64,000 nucleotides of DNA, from contig CAIVSN010000116.1 in the NCBI GenBank assembly GCA_903908595.1, positions 454-64,453 of the forward strand, read 5' to 3'. Origin of the DNA: an uncultured bacterium. Lineage in GTDB: Bacteria; Patescibacteriota; Gracilibacteria; BD1-5; UBA2023. A program made the position numbers and the translations under genes. Positions 10,609 to 20,887 of the stretch are shown piece by piece (within the stretch, counting starts at the first letter, position 1; every line of letters begins with the position of its first letter). The notes under the pieces were generated by a model. That model saw only the letters and a program-made list of their open reading frames with translations, did not search any database and was not told the origin of the DNA.

Positions 10609-10774
10609 TATACCCAACGGGAATTGGTTTTCGGTATTTTACGGTCATAGATTCGGAACAGGTTTCATTTTTCTTCTTTCGGGAGCTTATCGGCAATAAG
10701 TGACCGAAGAAAAAAATGAAAGATGTCCGAATATGTGACTGGAAAAACCGGGAAACCAATTCCCGTTGGGTATA
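10609..10774. repeat. Family-B element, full-length copy. It is a 166-bp imperfect palindrome with 22-bp termini TATACCCAACGGGAATTGGTTT.
   Basis: The left arm and the reverse complement of the right arm align over the whole length. The centre is catttttcttctttcgg...ccgaagaaaaaaatg. Intergenic. Confidence 0.8.
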
Positions 10775-10871
10775 ATCCGAAGCCGAATTCAAGCACCGCG
10801 GTGAGACGTACTGGGGTACGGTGGACGAGGAACGGAGAAACGGACGAGGAATTCGCGTTTTCCCGGGATCC

Positions 10872-11570
10872 CTAGAATCCCCTGCCGGATCCCTGTCCGA
10901 ACCATGGCATAACCTTGTCCGCGTCGAAGGCATCCGAAGCGACCGCCGTTCCGGAAATCCGGACTTTCGCTCACGTTTCCGTCTTTGCCATTTTCCCGAT
11001 GTGGGCACCGGAAATATCGATTTTCCACAGGTTTCCGTCCAGATCCCGAAGGGAAATGCCCTCGGGACCGACGCCCTGGATCGTACCGGAGAGCCGCCCG
11101 TTCTCGGGCTCGTTCCACGAGGATTCCCGGTACACGATATCGGCCAGGAACGGGATATTTCCGGCGACGTAGGAATGGACCGCCGGTCCCAATCCCGTAC
11201 CCCGGAACGCCACCGCGGCCAGGAGCACCGCGATCCCCCAGACGATCGCGTTCCGGAAAACGTCGTACCGGTACCCGACCGCGGTTTTGCGGAATCCGAA
11301 CAACCCAATAGCCATGAGGCCCGCGAGGAATATCCCCCAGAAAACCGGCGGGAAAAACAGGAGCTGGCCGCCGTTGCCACCTCGCCCGAACCGGAAGAAA
11401 TCCAGGGAGTCGTCGATGAAAAACACCCCGAAAACCGTGGAAAACGCCAAAACGGAAACGATGCCCGCCCACAAAAACCATCGCTGATTGCGGAAATGCG
11501 ATTTCGGGACCGGCACGATGTGCTCGTCGCGGATTTTCGAGAGGATGCTGGTTTTGAGCGGGGTGTTCAT
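10872..11570 (-). CDS. Putative anti-sigma factor / membrane protein cotranscribed with the ECF sigma factor
   Basis: Begins at ATG 11568-11570 (MNTPLKTSILSKIRDEH...), 11 nt after the sigma gene's stop. Has three to four TM helices. Reads through TGA 10971-10973 to TAG 10872-10874. Confidence 0.6.
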
Positions 11571-11581
11571 ATTCGGGAAAG

Positions 11582-12166
11582 TTATTGGCCGCAGTGGAAT
11601 GTTTCGAGGAGCGTCCGGAGCTGTTTGCGCGCCCGGTTGACGAGGGTGCTCGCCGTGCCGATGGGAATCTTGAGAATGTCGGAAATGGCTTCGTACGAGT
11701 ATCCCTCGATGCACCGGAGGAGGATGATTTCGCGGTATTCGGCCGGCAGATGGGAAATCGCCTTTTGCACGCAAGACTTGAGCTCCTTGGACCGGAGTTC
11801 CTTGTGCGGGGTATTCCCGTCCGATACCGTATCGAGTATCGAATCGTATTCCTCGTCGTCGAGCGAGACGTTGCCCATTTCCTTTTTGCTTTTGCGGAAT
11901 CCGTCGATCGTGGCGTTGTGCGCGATCCGGAATATCCACCCCGAGAAATCCCACCGTTCGTCATATTCGTTGATATTCCGGTAGACCTTGATGAAAATAT
12001 CCTGGACGAGATTTTCCGCGTCCTCGTAGGAAACTCCGGAAATCCGCATGACGTAGCGAAGGAGGCGACCCTCGAACATCGTGACAATTTCCCCGAACGC
12101 GTCGGGGTCGGAGTTGATTTTGCGGATGAGCGGGAGGAAATCCATAGTAGCGGGGTTGGGATCCAT
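11582..12166 (-). CDS. ECF-type RNA polymerase sigma-70 family factor
   Basis: Intact 194-aa track ORF. Region 2 (DAENLVQDIFIKVY, FSGWIFRIAHNATIDGFRK) and region 4 (LPAEYREIILLRCIEGYSYEAISDILKIPIGTASTLVNRARKQL). Ends in TAA. Confidence 0.85.
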   Translation of the reverse strand: MDPNPATMDFLPLIRKINSDPDAFGEIVTMFEGRLLRYVMRISGVSYEDAENLVQDIFIKVYRNINEYDERWDFSGWIFRIAHNATIDGFRKSKKEMGNVSLDDEEYDSILDTVSDGNTPHKELRSKELKSCVQKAISHLPAEYREIILLRCIEGYSYEAISDILKIPIGTASTLVNRARKQLRTLLETFHCGQ

Positions 12167-12261
12167 TGTATGGGAATACGCGGATATGGGGAAAAATTAT
12201 TCGGGAAAATAAAAAAACTTGCTATACTCCTTTAAAAGTTCGGGACGTGAATTAAGGGAAG

Positions 12262-13302
12262 ATGACTGAATCATTTCTTACTGGCCAAAATATGGAACCG
12301 CAAAATAGTATCGTCATATACGAGGGGGATAACGGAGAACTGAGAATAGAGGTGCTCATGGACTGAGAGACGGTCTGGCTGAACATTGAGCAGATGTCTG
12401 AATTATTTGGGAAAAGCCGCTCTACCGTCAATGAACATATCCTGAATATTTATGAAGAAAGCGAATTGACCGAAGCGAATACTTTGAGAAAAATCGGAAT
12501 TTCCGATTTTTCTACAAAACCGACAAATTATTACAACCTCGACGTGATTATCTCCGTAGGCTACCGGGTCAAATCCGTACGCGGTACCCGCTTTCGCCAA
12601 TGGGCTACCACGCGGCTACGGGAATACATTATCAAAGGTTTTACCATGGATGACGAGCGACTCAAAAAAGCGTGAGGGGGGAATTTTTGGAAAGAACTTC
12701 TTGATCGTATCAGGGATATTCGCAGTAGCGAAAAAGTACTCTACCGACAAGTACTCGATCTCTACGCTACCAGTATGGACTATGACCCGAATTCGGAAGA
12801 ATCGATCCGTTTTTTCAAGACGGTTCAGAATAAGCTCCACTATGCAACGAACCAGCATACCGCTGCGGAAACTATCTATGAACGAGCCGATGCAGGGAAA
12901 GATTTTATGGGGCTTGCAAATTTCAGAGGTGCCTTGCCGGTAAAATCGGAAGTAGGAATAGCAAAGAATTACCTTACCGAAGATGAACTTTTCCGACTGA
13001 ACCGAATGGTCTCGGCATTTTTCGATCTCGCTGAAATCAAAGCGTCGGAGCACGTGGAGATGAAGATGTCCGATTGGGTAAGCGAACTCGACAAATTTTC
13101 GGAAAATTACGGAAAATGAGTTCTCGATGGTTCGGGGAGAATCAGCCACGAACAAGCTCTCGAAAAGGCAGAACGGGAATATAGAAAGTATCAGGAAAAA
13201 ACGCTTTCTCCCGTCGAGGCAGCCTATCTGGAGAATATAAAATCGCTCGCGAAGAAAGTAGAAAAATGAGCGAAAACAAAACCACCTCTCGGAGCTTCCT
13301 AG
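12262..13302 (+). CDS. RhuM family virulence-associated protein
   Basis: Frame-1 track ORFs 12394-12675 and 12775-13119 are joined, with the upstream ATG at 12262, across TGA 12364, 12673, 13117 and 13267. Ends in TAG 13300-13302. Typical RhuM blocks: IVIYEGDNGELRIEVLMD[G]ETVWLN, NLDVIISVGYRVKSVRGTRFRQWATTRLREY. Confidence 0.8.
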
Positions 13303-13308
13303 TTTTTT

Positions 13309-13329
13309 TGGAGCACCCAGTAGGGTTCG
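13309..13329. repeat. Degenerate direct copy (17 of 21 nt) of the tRNA-Arg 3' end
   Basis: tggagcacccagtagggttcg compared with tggtgcacccagctgggctcg (14472-14492). Same orientation, and preceded by a T-run like the other copies. Confidence 0.6.
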
Positions 13330-13378
13330 TCCTCCGGGTCGGCGTTGATTTTCGTTTTTCCTACTCCCGGCATCAATG

Positions 13379-14203
13379 CTATTGATCCCCTTCGAGTTCC
13401 TCCCAGGTCGGTCGGTGAAACTTCCCCTCGTACGGACAAAGGGTCACCCCCTCCGCGTCGATTTCGACTTCTTCCACGTTCTGCAGGGGAAACCACTCTC
13501 CGGAAATCGATAAGAAATCCTTGTCTCCTATCTTGAGAGGACTTGCGGACACCCATTCCTCCTCATAGGTCCAGCCGACTTGGACGAGAAATTTCGAAAT
13601 GTCCTGCGGGGTTTTCGAATCGCAGGACCGTTTCGGGAAATACTGGTTGTTTTCCGTCAATGGCAAGCGCAGCCGTATTTCGCCGACGCTCTCTTTTCCC
13701 GGATCTACCGCCGTTGCGACAATGGGAGTGCGACGGGAAACCTGCATGAACATCGGCGGAGTGAGAATTCCCTTTACGACACGCGCGGTCGATCCGCTTT
13801 GGAAAACGTAGGCGCTTCAATCTTCGAAAGACAGTTCCCCGTTTTCCCCGAATGACAGGAGTTGGTCGAAAACGAAAATCCGCTTGTTCACCGACAAATT
13901 TTTCATGGCATATTTCAGGACGATCTCGTCGGAAGTCCGTTCGGATACCGTCGCCTTCAGCTCGACTCGCCTTCCAGGGGGAGAGATGGTTTCCATAGTC
14001 GTTTTGGGATTATTGATAACTGCGGTGTTCTTGGGCTTCGGGGCCTGTCACGCATCCAAGGGCATTGAGCCCGAACCGATAGCCGGCGCTTCCGGCGCCT
14101 GTGCCTTTCCGCCGGTCGACATTTTGGAAAATACGAAAAATCCGATGACGGAAAACAGTATCGCCAAAGCTAGTATCGCCGTAATTGCCCTGGATTTGTA
14201 CAT
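13379..14203 (-). CDS. Hypothetical N-terminally anchored protein (274 aa)
   Basis: Track ORF 13379-13753 extends upstream across TGA 13817-13819 and 14048-14050 to ATG 14201-14203 (MYKSRAITAILALAILFSVIGFFVF). Ends in TAA. Confidence 0.55.
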
Positions 14204-14246
14204 AAAAACTGCCTTTTTAAAAAAACGAGTTGGCGAATAGCGATGT

Positions 14247-14471
14247 TTGGTGCACCCAGCTGGGCTCGCCCGTTGGGCCGCCCGGGGCCGGAGTCCAAAC
14301 CGTTGGACTCCTCGATGCTCCGCATCGCCCCGCGTTCTCGCCGGGGGTTTTGATTATTTTGGTGCACCCAGCTGGGCTCGCCCGTTGGGCCGCCCGGGGC
14401 CGGAGTCCAAACCGTTGGACTCCTCGATGCTCCGCATCGCCCCGCGTTCTCGCCGGGGGTTTTGATTATTT
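14247..14471. repeat. Two tandem 112/113-bp units immediately 3' of tRNA-Arg. Each ends with a 21-nt copy of the tRNA 3' end.
   Basis: ggtgcacccagctgggctcg starts at 14248, 14360 and 14473, and the third occurrence is the tRNA itself. Each unit also contains the hairpins cgatgc-gga-gcatcg and ggagtcc-N8-ggactcc. Confidence 0.9.
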
Positions 14472-14549
14472 TGGTGCACCCAGCTGGGCTCGAACCAGCG
14501 GCCTCAGCCTTCGGAGGGCTGCGCTCTAATCCAACTGAGCTATGGGTGC
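14472..14549 (-). tRNA. tRNA-Arg (anticodon CCG), CCA encoded
   Basis: Minus strand reads GCACCCATAGCTCAGTTGGATTAGAGCGCAGCCCTCCGAAGGCTGAGGCCGCTGGTTCGAGCCCAGCTGGGTGCACCA. The cloverleaf folds, and the anticodon loop is CTCCGAA. Confidence 0.9.
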
Positions 14550-14689
14550 ATGGCGGCATGATATCTAAAACGTCGGATTTTTCAAATTCGATATACGAGG
14601 TTTTTTTCGGATTCCGCGCGGTTACAATTCTTACAGTGCAACTGACAGTCATGGACATTGTTATTGCCACGGAAGCGCAATCGCCTACG

Positions 14690-14811
14690 GAGACTTCTGC
14701 AAAATGATGAAATCCGAAGTCAATTTCGAGCACTGCAGTGAGGCGTACTGGCAAGTACGTCGAACGAGGAGCGGAAAAATTGACAAGGAGTTCGCATTTT
14801 GCAGAAGTCTC
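14690..14811. repeat. Family-A palindromic element, copy 1
   Basis: Termini gagacttctgcaaaatg / cattttgcagaagtctc. Conserved core gatgaaatccgaag...gaggcgtacTGGCAAgtacg...caaggagttcgc. The right end abuts the ATP-grasp gene's stop codon. Confidence 0.85.
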
Positions 14812-15794
14812 TACGGATCGAATATCAGCTTCAGCATTTCCCGTCCGGTATTCACGCCCGTAAGTTCCCGGTCTCACCCGAGGCCCGGGGTGGCGTTCAC
14901 TTCGAGGATTATTCCCCCGGTTTCTTTCAGGGGCTTGGAAAAATCGGTAGACAGGATATCGATTCCGCAGATTCCCAGTCCGAATTTTTCCGCGATTTCG
15001 ATACACGTTTGCCGGGTTTCGGGATGCAGCAATGGGGTAATGTCCCGGGCGGTGCCCCCGGTTCACAGATTCGAGTTTCATCGCAGCCGGAGGCAGGCTC
15101 AATCGGGCAAAACGCTTTCGGGAGAATATCCCTGCTTGCCGATGAAATCCCGGAGTTCCCCGTCGATCGGGATCAGGGAAAGCGGCGCTTCGTATCCGTT
15201 TCCCCGGAGCGAATTGCTTTCGTTTTCGTACCGGATCAGCGCTTCGACGGTCGATTTCCCGTCGCCGGTCACCGCCGGGGGAATCCTTTGTAGCCCGAGC
15301 AATACCTTTCCGAGCACTACCAAAACCCGACATTCGTCTCAGGCGACCTGCTCCTGTACGATCATCCGGGGGTATTCCTCCAAAGACGCCGTCAGTTTTT
15401 CCGTCAATTCCCGAACGTCCCGCAAGCCCATTTTCACGCCATTGCCATGGGCTCCGTCGACCGGCTTGACGATTACGGGAAAAACGAAGTCGGCAAAGTC
15501 CTCAGGCCCGAAGCCTTCGGACAGCCGTTTGGCATCGACGTAGCAAGTGCGGGGAATGGGAAAACCATATTTGGAAAGCATAGCATACGACAATTCCTTA
15601 TCGTCCGCGATATTTTTTCACAAGGCGGAATTCGCTCAAAAATCGGTGCTTTTGAACGTCACGGATTTCCGGGGCGATCGCACGATGAAAAAATTTTTTT
15701 CGGGAATGACCACTTCGACGGTGAGTCCGAGATTTTCCGCTTCTTCTTGGAGAACCTGGGAGGAAATCGACCAATAGGTCATGAAGTCGGTCAT
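14811..15794 (-). CDS. ATP-grasp ligase resembling the cyanophycin-synthetase N-terminal domain / RimK family
   Basis: Same-frame track ORFs 15636-15848, 15339-15593 and 15099-15323 are joined by 7 in-frame TGAs. Ends in TAG 14811-14813. Blocks: PVIVKPVDGAHGNGV, RIPPAVTGDGKSTVEALI, NL[G]TGGTARDIT, GICGIDIL, GGIILEVNATPGL. Confidence 0.75.
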
Positions 15795-15860
15795 AATTGG
15801 AAAAATTAGGGAGTCCCATGCGAAATGATGAAATGAAATCTGTCTCAAACAGCGGGATCC

Positions 15861-16898
15861 CTATTGGGCATAACAGCTTGCCACCGAGTCGAGCCATTCC
15901 TTCGCGAAATACCGTTCTTCCGGTTCGCACAGATATCCGGTCATGATGTTGTTCTCCGTGAAATAGTATTTTCCGTCCTTTCCCACGAGGATGTCCAACC
16001 CTCCGTGAAACTCGGGAACGATTTGGCAATAGCGGAGGATTTTCAGCTGGACATCCTCGGGAATGACGCTCAGATCCAATCGTCTCAACGTGTTTCATTT
16101 CGCGATATTGTGGAGTACCTGTCATTCTTGCCGCTCTTTCCCGTGCACTTCGAGAAGTTTGGGACTTCATCCTGCCATTTTTGCCCAATATACCCGGTAT
16201 TCCGTATCGGAAACGTCGAGCAGCTCCATGATGACGTAATCCCCGCCGCAAGCCTGGGACACGAACGAACGGAGCCCGTCTTCGAAACCGGTTTCCGCGA
16301 CCCCGAATATCCGTATCCCCTCCCCGGAAGAAAATCCCGCGTTCTTCGCGATCGCCGATTCGCCGAACCGGCCGGATTCCCGTATGAATTTCACCAAGTA
16401 GGAGAAATCGCCTTCGTCGCAGACATACGGCACGACGCATCGGGGAAAATTCTCGCCATCCGCATAGGCAAGCGCGTGGCACTTCGAAGAAAGCGGGGTA
16501 TTCTCCGGATTTTCGAGATTCGTCACCACCCGGATGTCCCACCGCAATTTCGCGCTTTTCACCAAGAAAGCGAGGAACGATTTCGGCAGGCCTCCGGTCC
16601 TGTGGAGATATACGGTACTCCCCGGGGGGATTATGGAAAAATTCCCGTTTTCGTCGATCCCGAACAGGCCATCCTGCGATACGAAAATATTCCCCGAGAG
16701 GATGTGTCACATTTCGGATCGATCCCGGAGGAGTTGGGAAAATACGTATATGACGTCCACTCAACTGTCCCCGACGGAAAAATATGCCTTCGAGTTCTCC
16801 GCGAATCGGGAAACGTTTTCGAAGGAAAATCCCCCGTACGACTCCGAAACCCGTTTCAATTCGGAAACGGAAAACGAGGTAAAACAATATTTTTTCAT
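15861..16898 (-). CDS. Second ATP-grasp-like protein (345 aa)
   Basis: Same-frame track ORFs 16761-17093 (from the internal ATG 16896-16898), 16167-16565 and 15861-16088 are joined by in-frame TGAs at 16761, 16707, 16167, 16122 and 16095. The C-terminal FHGGLDILVGKDGKYYFTENN resembles an ATP-grasp C-domain. Ends in TAG. Confidence 0.55.
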
Positions 16899-16942
16899 AC
16901 TCCCTGGGGGTGAGGATACGGCATTGCGACGGCATTTTTCTC

Positions 16943-16962
16943 CCGATTTTTCGAAAAATCGG
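16943..16962. promoter_or_regulatory. Perfect 20-bp palindrome CCGATTTTTCGAAAAATCGG upstream of the ATP-grasp pair (candidate operator)
   Basis: The sequence is its own reverse complement. It lies about 45 nt upstream of ATG 16898. Confidence 0.4.
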
Positions 16963-17261
16963 AACTTTGGAGCGATTCGGATACGCACGTTATGATTTCC
17001 CATCGTATGGGATTTCTTGAAAAAGTCAAAGCCGGCCCCGATTCCGCGCGTAGCCGGCCGGATGCATTTTGCGAATCGCTGGAAATATCCCATGAGCCAG
17101 GCTCAAAAAGAGATACTTGGGAAATAATGGGGCACGAAAAACGTCATAGGGTCGTACTTACGGCCCAACCCTATCGTGGAAACCAAAAATTTCCGAGATT
17201 TTTCCGTGATTTTCGTAAGGGAATCGGTAGCGTGTTCCCCTATCCATTACCCCAATCCACC

Positions 17262-17669
17262 ATGAAACTCCTTACCAAACGCATCCTCGAACAATTCCGG
17301 AAAATATGAAACCAGTCGGAAAACCCCGATCCCCTCGTCATCTGCAAATTCTTCAACCCGGCCGGGGCGGGCACGTGGTACGCCTCGGAATTCGACGAGG
17401 AAAGCGGGATATTCTTCGGGTACGTCTCCATTTTCGGGGATTGGAACGACGAATGGGGGAATTTTGCCCTTTCGGACCTCGAATCGTTCCGCGGAAAGTT
17501 CGGGCTCGGAATCGAACGGGACATCCACTTCGAGCCGGAGCGGTTTTCGGAATTGGGAATCGACCGCCAAACCGAGGAGGCGGATGCGGAGCCGTATGCG
17601 ATTGGGCAAATCGCCTATCCATCGACCGGGGAAATCATTGCGACGGCCGTGCCTTCCACGGCGGCGTAA
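17262..17669 (+). CDS. DUF2958 family protein
   Basis: MKLLTKRILEQFRKI[TGA=G]NQSENPDPLVICKFFNPAGAGTWYASEFDEESGIFFGYV...LSDLESFRGKFGLGIERDIHF matches my recollection of DUF2958. Ends in TAA 17667-17669. Confidence 0.7.
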
Positions 17670-17677
17670 CCCAGAAA

Positions 17678-17712
17678 TATACCCAATAGGAATTGGTTTC
17701 CTATTGGGTATA
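17678..17712. repeat. Family-B minimal hairpin (15-bp perfect stem, loop ttggt)
   Basis: tatacccaataggaa-ttggt-ttcctattgggtata, located between convergent genes. Confidence 0.85.
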
Positions 17713-17738
17713 AGTCCCGGAAAAAAGCAAAATCCGCG

Positions 17739-18179
17739 CTATTTCGCCAAACCCTCCGAATGCCGCTTGAAATTCTCCAAGATGGCGCTCCAGCCCGCGA
17801 TCTGCATTTCGTGGGAATGGACGTCTTCCGCGTCGAAAATCTCCGTAACCCGTATCCCGTCGGGCGTTTCTTCGAAAACGACTTCCACTTCCCGGCCGGC
17901 CGGGAGGAAATATTCCTTCATCTCGCCCATCGTGTAGGAGACGCGTTTCATCGGCTCCACCAGGTCGTACCGGGCGGTGAAATCGAAGGAAGCGCTCCCG
18001 TCTTTCGCGGCGAACGTATTGCAAAACACGACGCCGACCCCGGGTTCGGGAGAGTCGGATTTCGGGCAGTGCCAATCGTCCGAGGCGAAGCACCAGCGGA
18101 CGATGTGTTCGCTCTTCCAGAAAGCGTCCCAAACGGTGGGAAGCGGAGCGTGCACCAGGGTAGATACGGTAAGTTTCAT
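17739..18179 (-). CDS. SRPBCC/AHSA1 (START-like) domain protein
   Basis: Intact 146-aa track ORF. MKLTVSTLVHAPLPTVWDAFW...GWSAILENFKRH is typical of Aha1/BPI-like SRPBCC proteins. Ends in TAG. Confidence 0.7.
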   Translation of the reverse strand: MKLTVSTLVHAPLPTVWDAFWKSEHIVRWCFASDDWHCPKSDSPEPGVGVVFCNTFAAKDGSASFDFTARYDLVEPMKRVSYTMGEMKEYFLPAGREVEVVFEETPDGIRVTEIFDAEDVHSHEMQIAGWSAILENFKRHSEGLAK

Positions 18180-18260
18180 AGGGAAAAAATAGGTGATGGA
18201 GCGTCGTTGTATTTTTTACGGAAGAAGCGAACCGGCGGATTGCCAATGGATTGGAGGCGA

Positions 18261-18605
18261 TTATTTTTTCTCTGCCGACGTTTCCCCGAAAATCATAGTA
18301 ACGATAGCGAGGACAATGGCAAATACGGCGGCTGACAAAAATCCGTCCAATACGAATCCCGGTACGATTTTTGCGACCAGCATCACCATGAGCACGTTGA
18401 TAACAAGGGAAACGAGCCCGAGCGTCAGGAGGTTCAGGGGAAGCGTCAGCAGCTTCAAAACAGGCGTGATGGTGGCGTTGACCACGGCGAGGACGACCGC
18501 GACGATAATCGCCGTCACGTACCCGTCCACGTGGGATCACGGGGTGAAATAGGAAGCGATGGCGATTGCCAGCGCGGAAATCAGAAGGTTCAAGATGATG
18601 GCCAT
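18261..18605 (-). CDS. Phage holin family IV / DUF360-type small membrane protein
   Basis: Track ORF 18261-18530 is joined across TGA 18537-18539 to ATG 18603-18605. MAIILNLLISALAIAIASYFTP[G]SHVDGYVTAIIVAVVLAVVNATITPVLKLLTLPLNLLTLGL matches the family, with the TGA falling on the conserved PG. Ends in TAA. Confidence 0.75.
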
Positions 18606-18778
18606 ATGGGGAAAATTAGGAATACGGCCTGACATTATACGCGTATGTGCGGGAATGGGTAAAGATAAGCCGGGGGGCGGGGGGATTTCATGATTTGATA
18701 TCATCAAATATAGCAAATACGGGAAAATTCCATACACTTCGCTTATGAATGGATTGTATTTTTTAAATTTTATAAGAT

Positions 18779-19324
18779 ATGTTCAACACGTTCTTTTCTT
18801 TTTTGATAAAGCCTACTGAAGTTACCAAGGAAATTTTATCTTTCGATAATAAAACGAAGGATATCGTTACGGTATCGATAGTCGTTCTTTACTTCATATC
18901 CTGACAGTTACTTGCCTATATGATGTTGCCGGAACTATATCTGCTCTGAATTTCTGCCTTGTCCGTTGTCACGGCATTTGCAATGTCATTTATCGGGTTT
19001 TACTCGTTCAATCTTGGAATGCAACTATTCGGGAAGGCAATTGGTGGGAAAGGTTCATTTAGGGATGTAAGCGTCGTGACGGCGTATTCGATGTTTATCT
19101 ACGTTATCTTGACCCCTCTGATTTCCATTGTCTCAAAGGTGCTTTGACTCGGGTTTATCGGAACTGCCAGTATGCTTATACCATTGGTCTGGTTCTTGAT
19201 AATATATTCGAAATCACTATCGCAAGCACAGCAATTTTCTGAAACCAAGGTATTGGTAAATGTGCTGGTTGTTGGTGGCATATTCTACTTTATCATTGCT
19301 GTTTTACCAAAATTAGGTCTTTAG
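18779..19324 (+). CDS. Yip1-like integral membrane protein, in an AT-rich segment
   Basis: ATG 18779. Frame-2 sequence including track ORF 18959-19147 is joined across TGA 18902, 18947 and 19145. Ends in TAG 19322-19324. Has five hydrophobic helices. Confidence 0.6.
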
Positions 19325-19458
19325 GGTAAACTTGTACTTGGGCTCTTTTCCCTCAGTGTCGATTCCGCTTTCCAAGCGGACTCTCGCTTCGGGAAACGCC
19401 TTGCGACAAGCTTGCCATTCCAGGCAAGCTTTCCCCGGCTCGCCGCTCCGCGCTCGCC

Positions 19459-19490
19459 GGTGTCGCTGCGGTTCGAGCCCCGCCAAACCC
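19459..19490 (+). pseudogene. Fragment copying the tRNA-Lys 3' portion (T-arm plus acceptor 3' strand), inverted relative to the gene
   Basis: ggtgtcgctgcggttcgagccccgccaaaccc compared with tRNA-Lys AGGTCGCGGGTTCGAGCCCCGCCAAACCC. One G is deleted from the T-stem. Confidence 0.7.
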
Positions 19491-19503
19491 GGCGTCCCGC
19501 GTG

Positions 19504-19530
19504 AAAAAACCCGCTTGCGCGGGTTTTTTT
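19504..19530. terminator. Bidirectional intrinsic terminator
   Basis: aaaaaacccgc-ttgc-gcgggttttttt, located between the Yip1-like gene (+) and the ankyrin gene (-). Confidence 0.75.
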
Positions 19531-19572
19531 GGAGTTCTGATGGTGGGTTACCCAACTCCGCTAAACATGTTT

Positions 19573-20793
19573 TTACCTCAATACCTGAAGCATCTTTTCT
19601 CTGAAAACATCGTTTTTAATTTGAGAAGCATAATCAATGGCCGATTGATCAAGCGAATCCATTAAATTTGGGTTTACTCAAAAATCTATTAATAACTTCG
19701 CCGTCCTGACTGCTTCTTCAGAAGCACTTGACTGTTCTTTTTTTGGTAAGGTATTAAAATTATGAACAAGATAATCATTAAGATAGAGACGTTCCTGAAT
19801 TTCTAAAATCAATGCAGTGCGTCCAAGATCATCTACTGTATTTGGATTTGCATCAATGCTTTTGAGGTAATCAAAATCATTTTTTGTTAATCCTCTTAGT
19901 CGATCAAACCATACGGGGGAATGGTATGATTCCTTATATGGATAACGGGCTGGTCCCCATATCGAAGCAAACAAAGTGATATTTACATCTTTAATGCCGA
20001 GGCATCTTCCTGATATCAGAAAGTACGACATATTCCCGCCATGCCTATCATTAAGAATGATTTGTTTGAGTTTTTGGCAACCGTGTGACCATTCTTGGGA
20101 ATTTGGAAACTGTCATATACATAGAGCATATTGGGAGTATGTTCCAGACAAACCACTATCGAGCGTATTGATTTTACCACACATATTGGAATCTTTATTT
20201 TTGATTGCTTCTTGTATTAATTGTAACCTTTTACACGAATCACTATAAACATACATGTTATCACAAGAAATCGGGTCATTTGAATAAATAGTTTTTGAGG
20301 TAATTTCTTCGAGTTTACACGAAGCATACATATGTGTATTGGGAGTATATATTGAGCAACTTGCATTTTGTTCTACAAAAGACTTATAATTTGCACCTTG
20401 CAAACAACCACTATACCAGCTGTTCCAAGTTGAGAGCATAGATTTTTCTTCTCCTTGAGATATTCATGCTAATGGTAGTTTGCAAAACATATCATTTCCT
20501 GTTACTTGTGCTAAGGAGCTTGAAAAGATTACCAAATTTTTCTGCCAAACAAATAAACTGCAGATTAGAATTGGAATTAGGAGTGCAAATTTTTTTATTG
20601 ATATTTTGGGCTCTAACTTTCGTGATTTTACAATTTTCTTAATCGATAGAAAAATACCAAAGATTACTATTGATATATGGGCATAGTAAACAAAACTGAC
20701 GAGCTTATACCAGATAAATAATTCAATCATATACATTCTGATTATCCGATAAGATTTATTTGCATTAAAACAAGTAAATACCATTCTCGGCAT
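19573..20793 (-). CDS. Membrane-anchored Cys-rich protein with C-terminal ankyrin repeats, in an AT-rich segment
   Basis: Same-frame track ORFs 20464-20793, 20113-20439 and 19678-20031 are joined by TGA 20464, 20113 and 19678. Ends in TAA 19573-19575. Ankyrin-like: DANPNTVDDLGRTALI and LLIDF[G]VNPNLMDSLDQSAIDYA. The start is uncertain; ATG 20736 is an alternative. Confidence 0.6.
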
Positions 20794-20887
20794 TTACTTG
20801 TTTTGTCTTTCGTTACTTTCTTTTATCAAAGCCAATCTTCTTCCCCTCACCGAGAGGAGGTAAAAAAGTTTGACGGTCTTGGTACAA

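Noticed and set aside
14704-14820. A small conserved peptide (MKSEVNFEH.SEAYWQVRRTRS..I.KEFAF) apparently encoded by family-A repeats.
   Set aside because: The copy at 37481-37598 has an in-frame TAG after 15 codons. The sequence changes between copies are compensatory in hairpin stems rather than synonymous. The similarity therefore reflects nucleotide and structural conservation, not coding.
16899-17093. An N-terminal extension of the second ATP-grasp gene back to ATG 17093, or a small precursor-peptide ORF in this gap.
   Set aside because: The extension (MGYFQRFAKCIRPATRGIG...) is Arg/Lys-rich with no recognisable features, and it contains the 20-bp palindrome. ATG 16898 gives a protein starting MKKYCFTSF. 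This remains uncertain.
19325-19530. A tmRNA or other tRNA-like RNA, suggested by the GGTTCGAGCCCCGCCAAACCC segment upstream of a terminator.
   Set aside because: There is no matching 5' acceptor strand (GGGTTTG) and no tag reading frame. The T-stem has lost a base relative to tRNA-Lys. It looks like a tRNA-Lys gene fragment.
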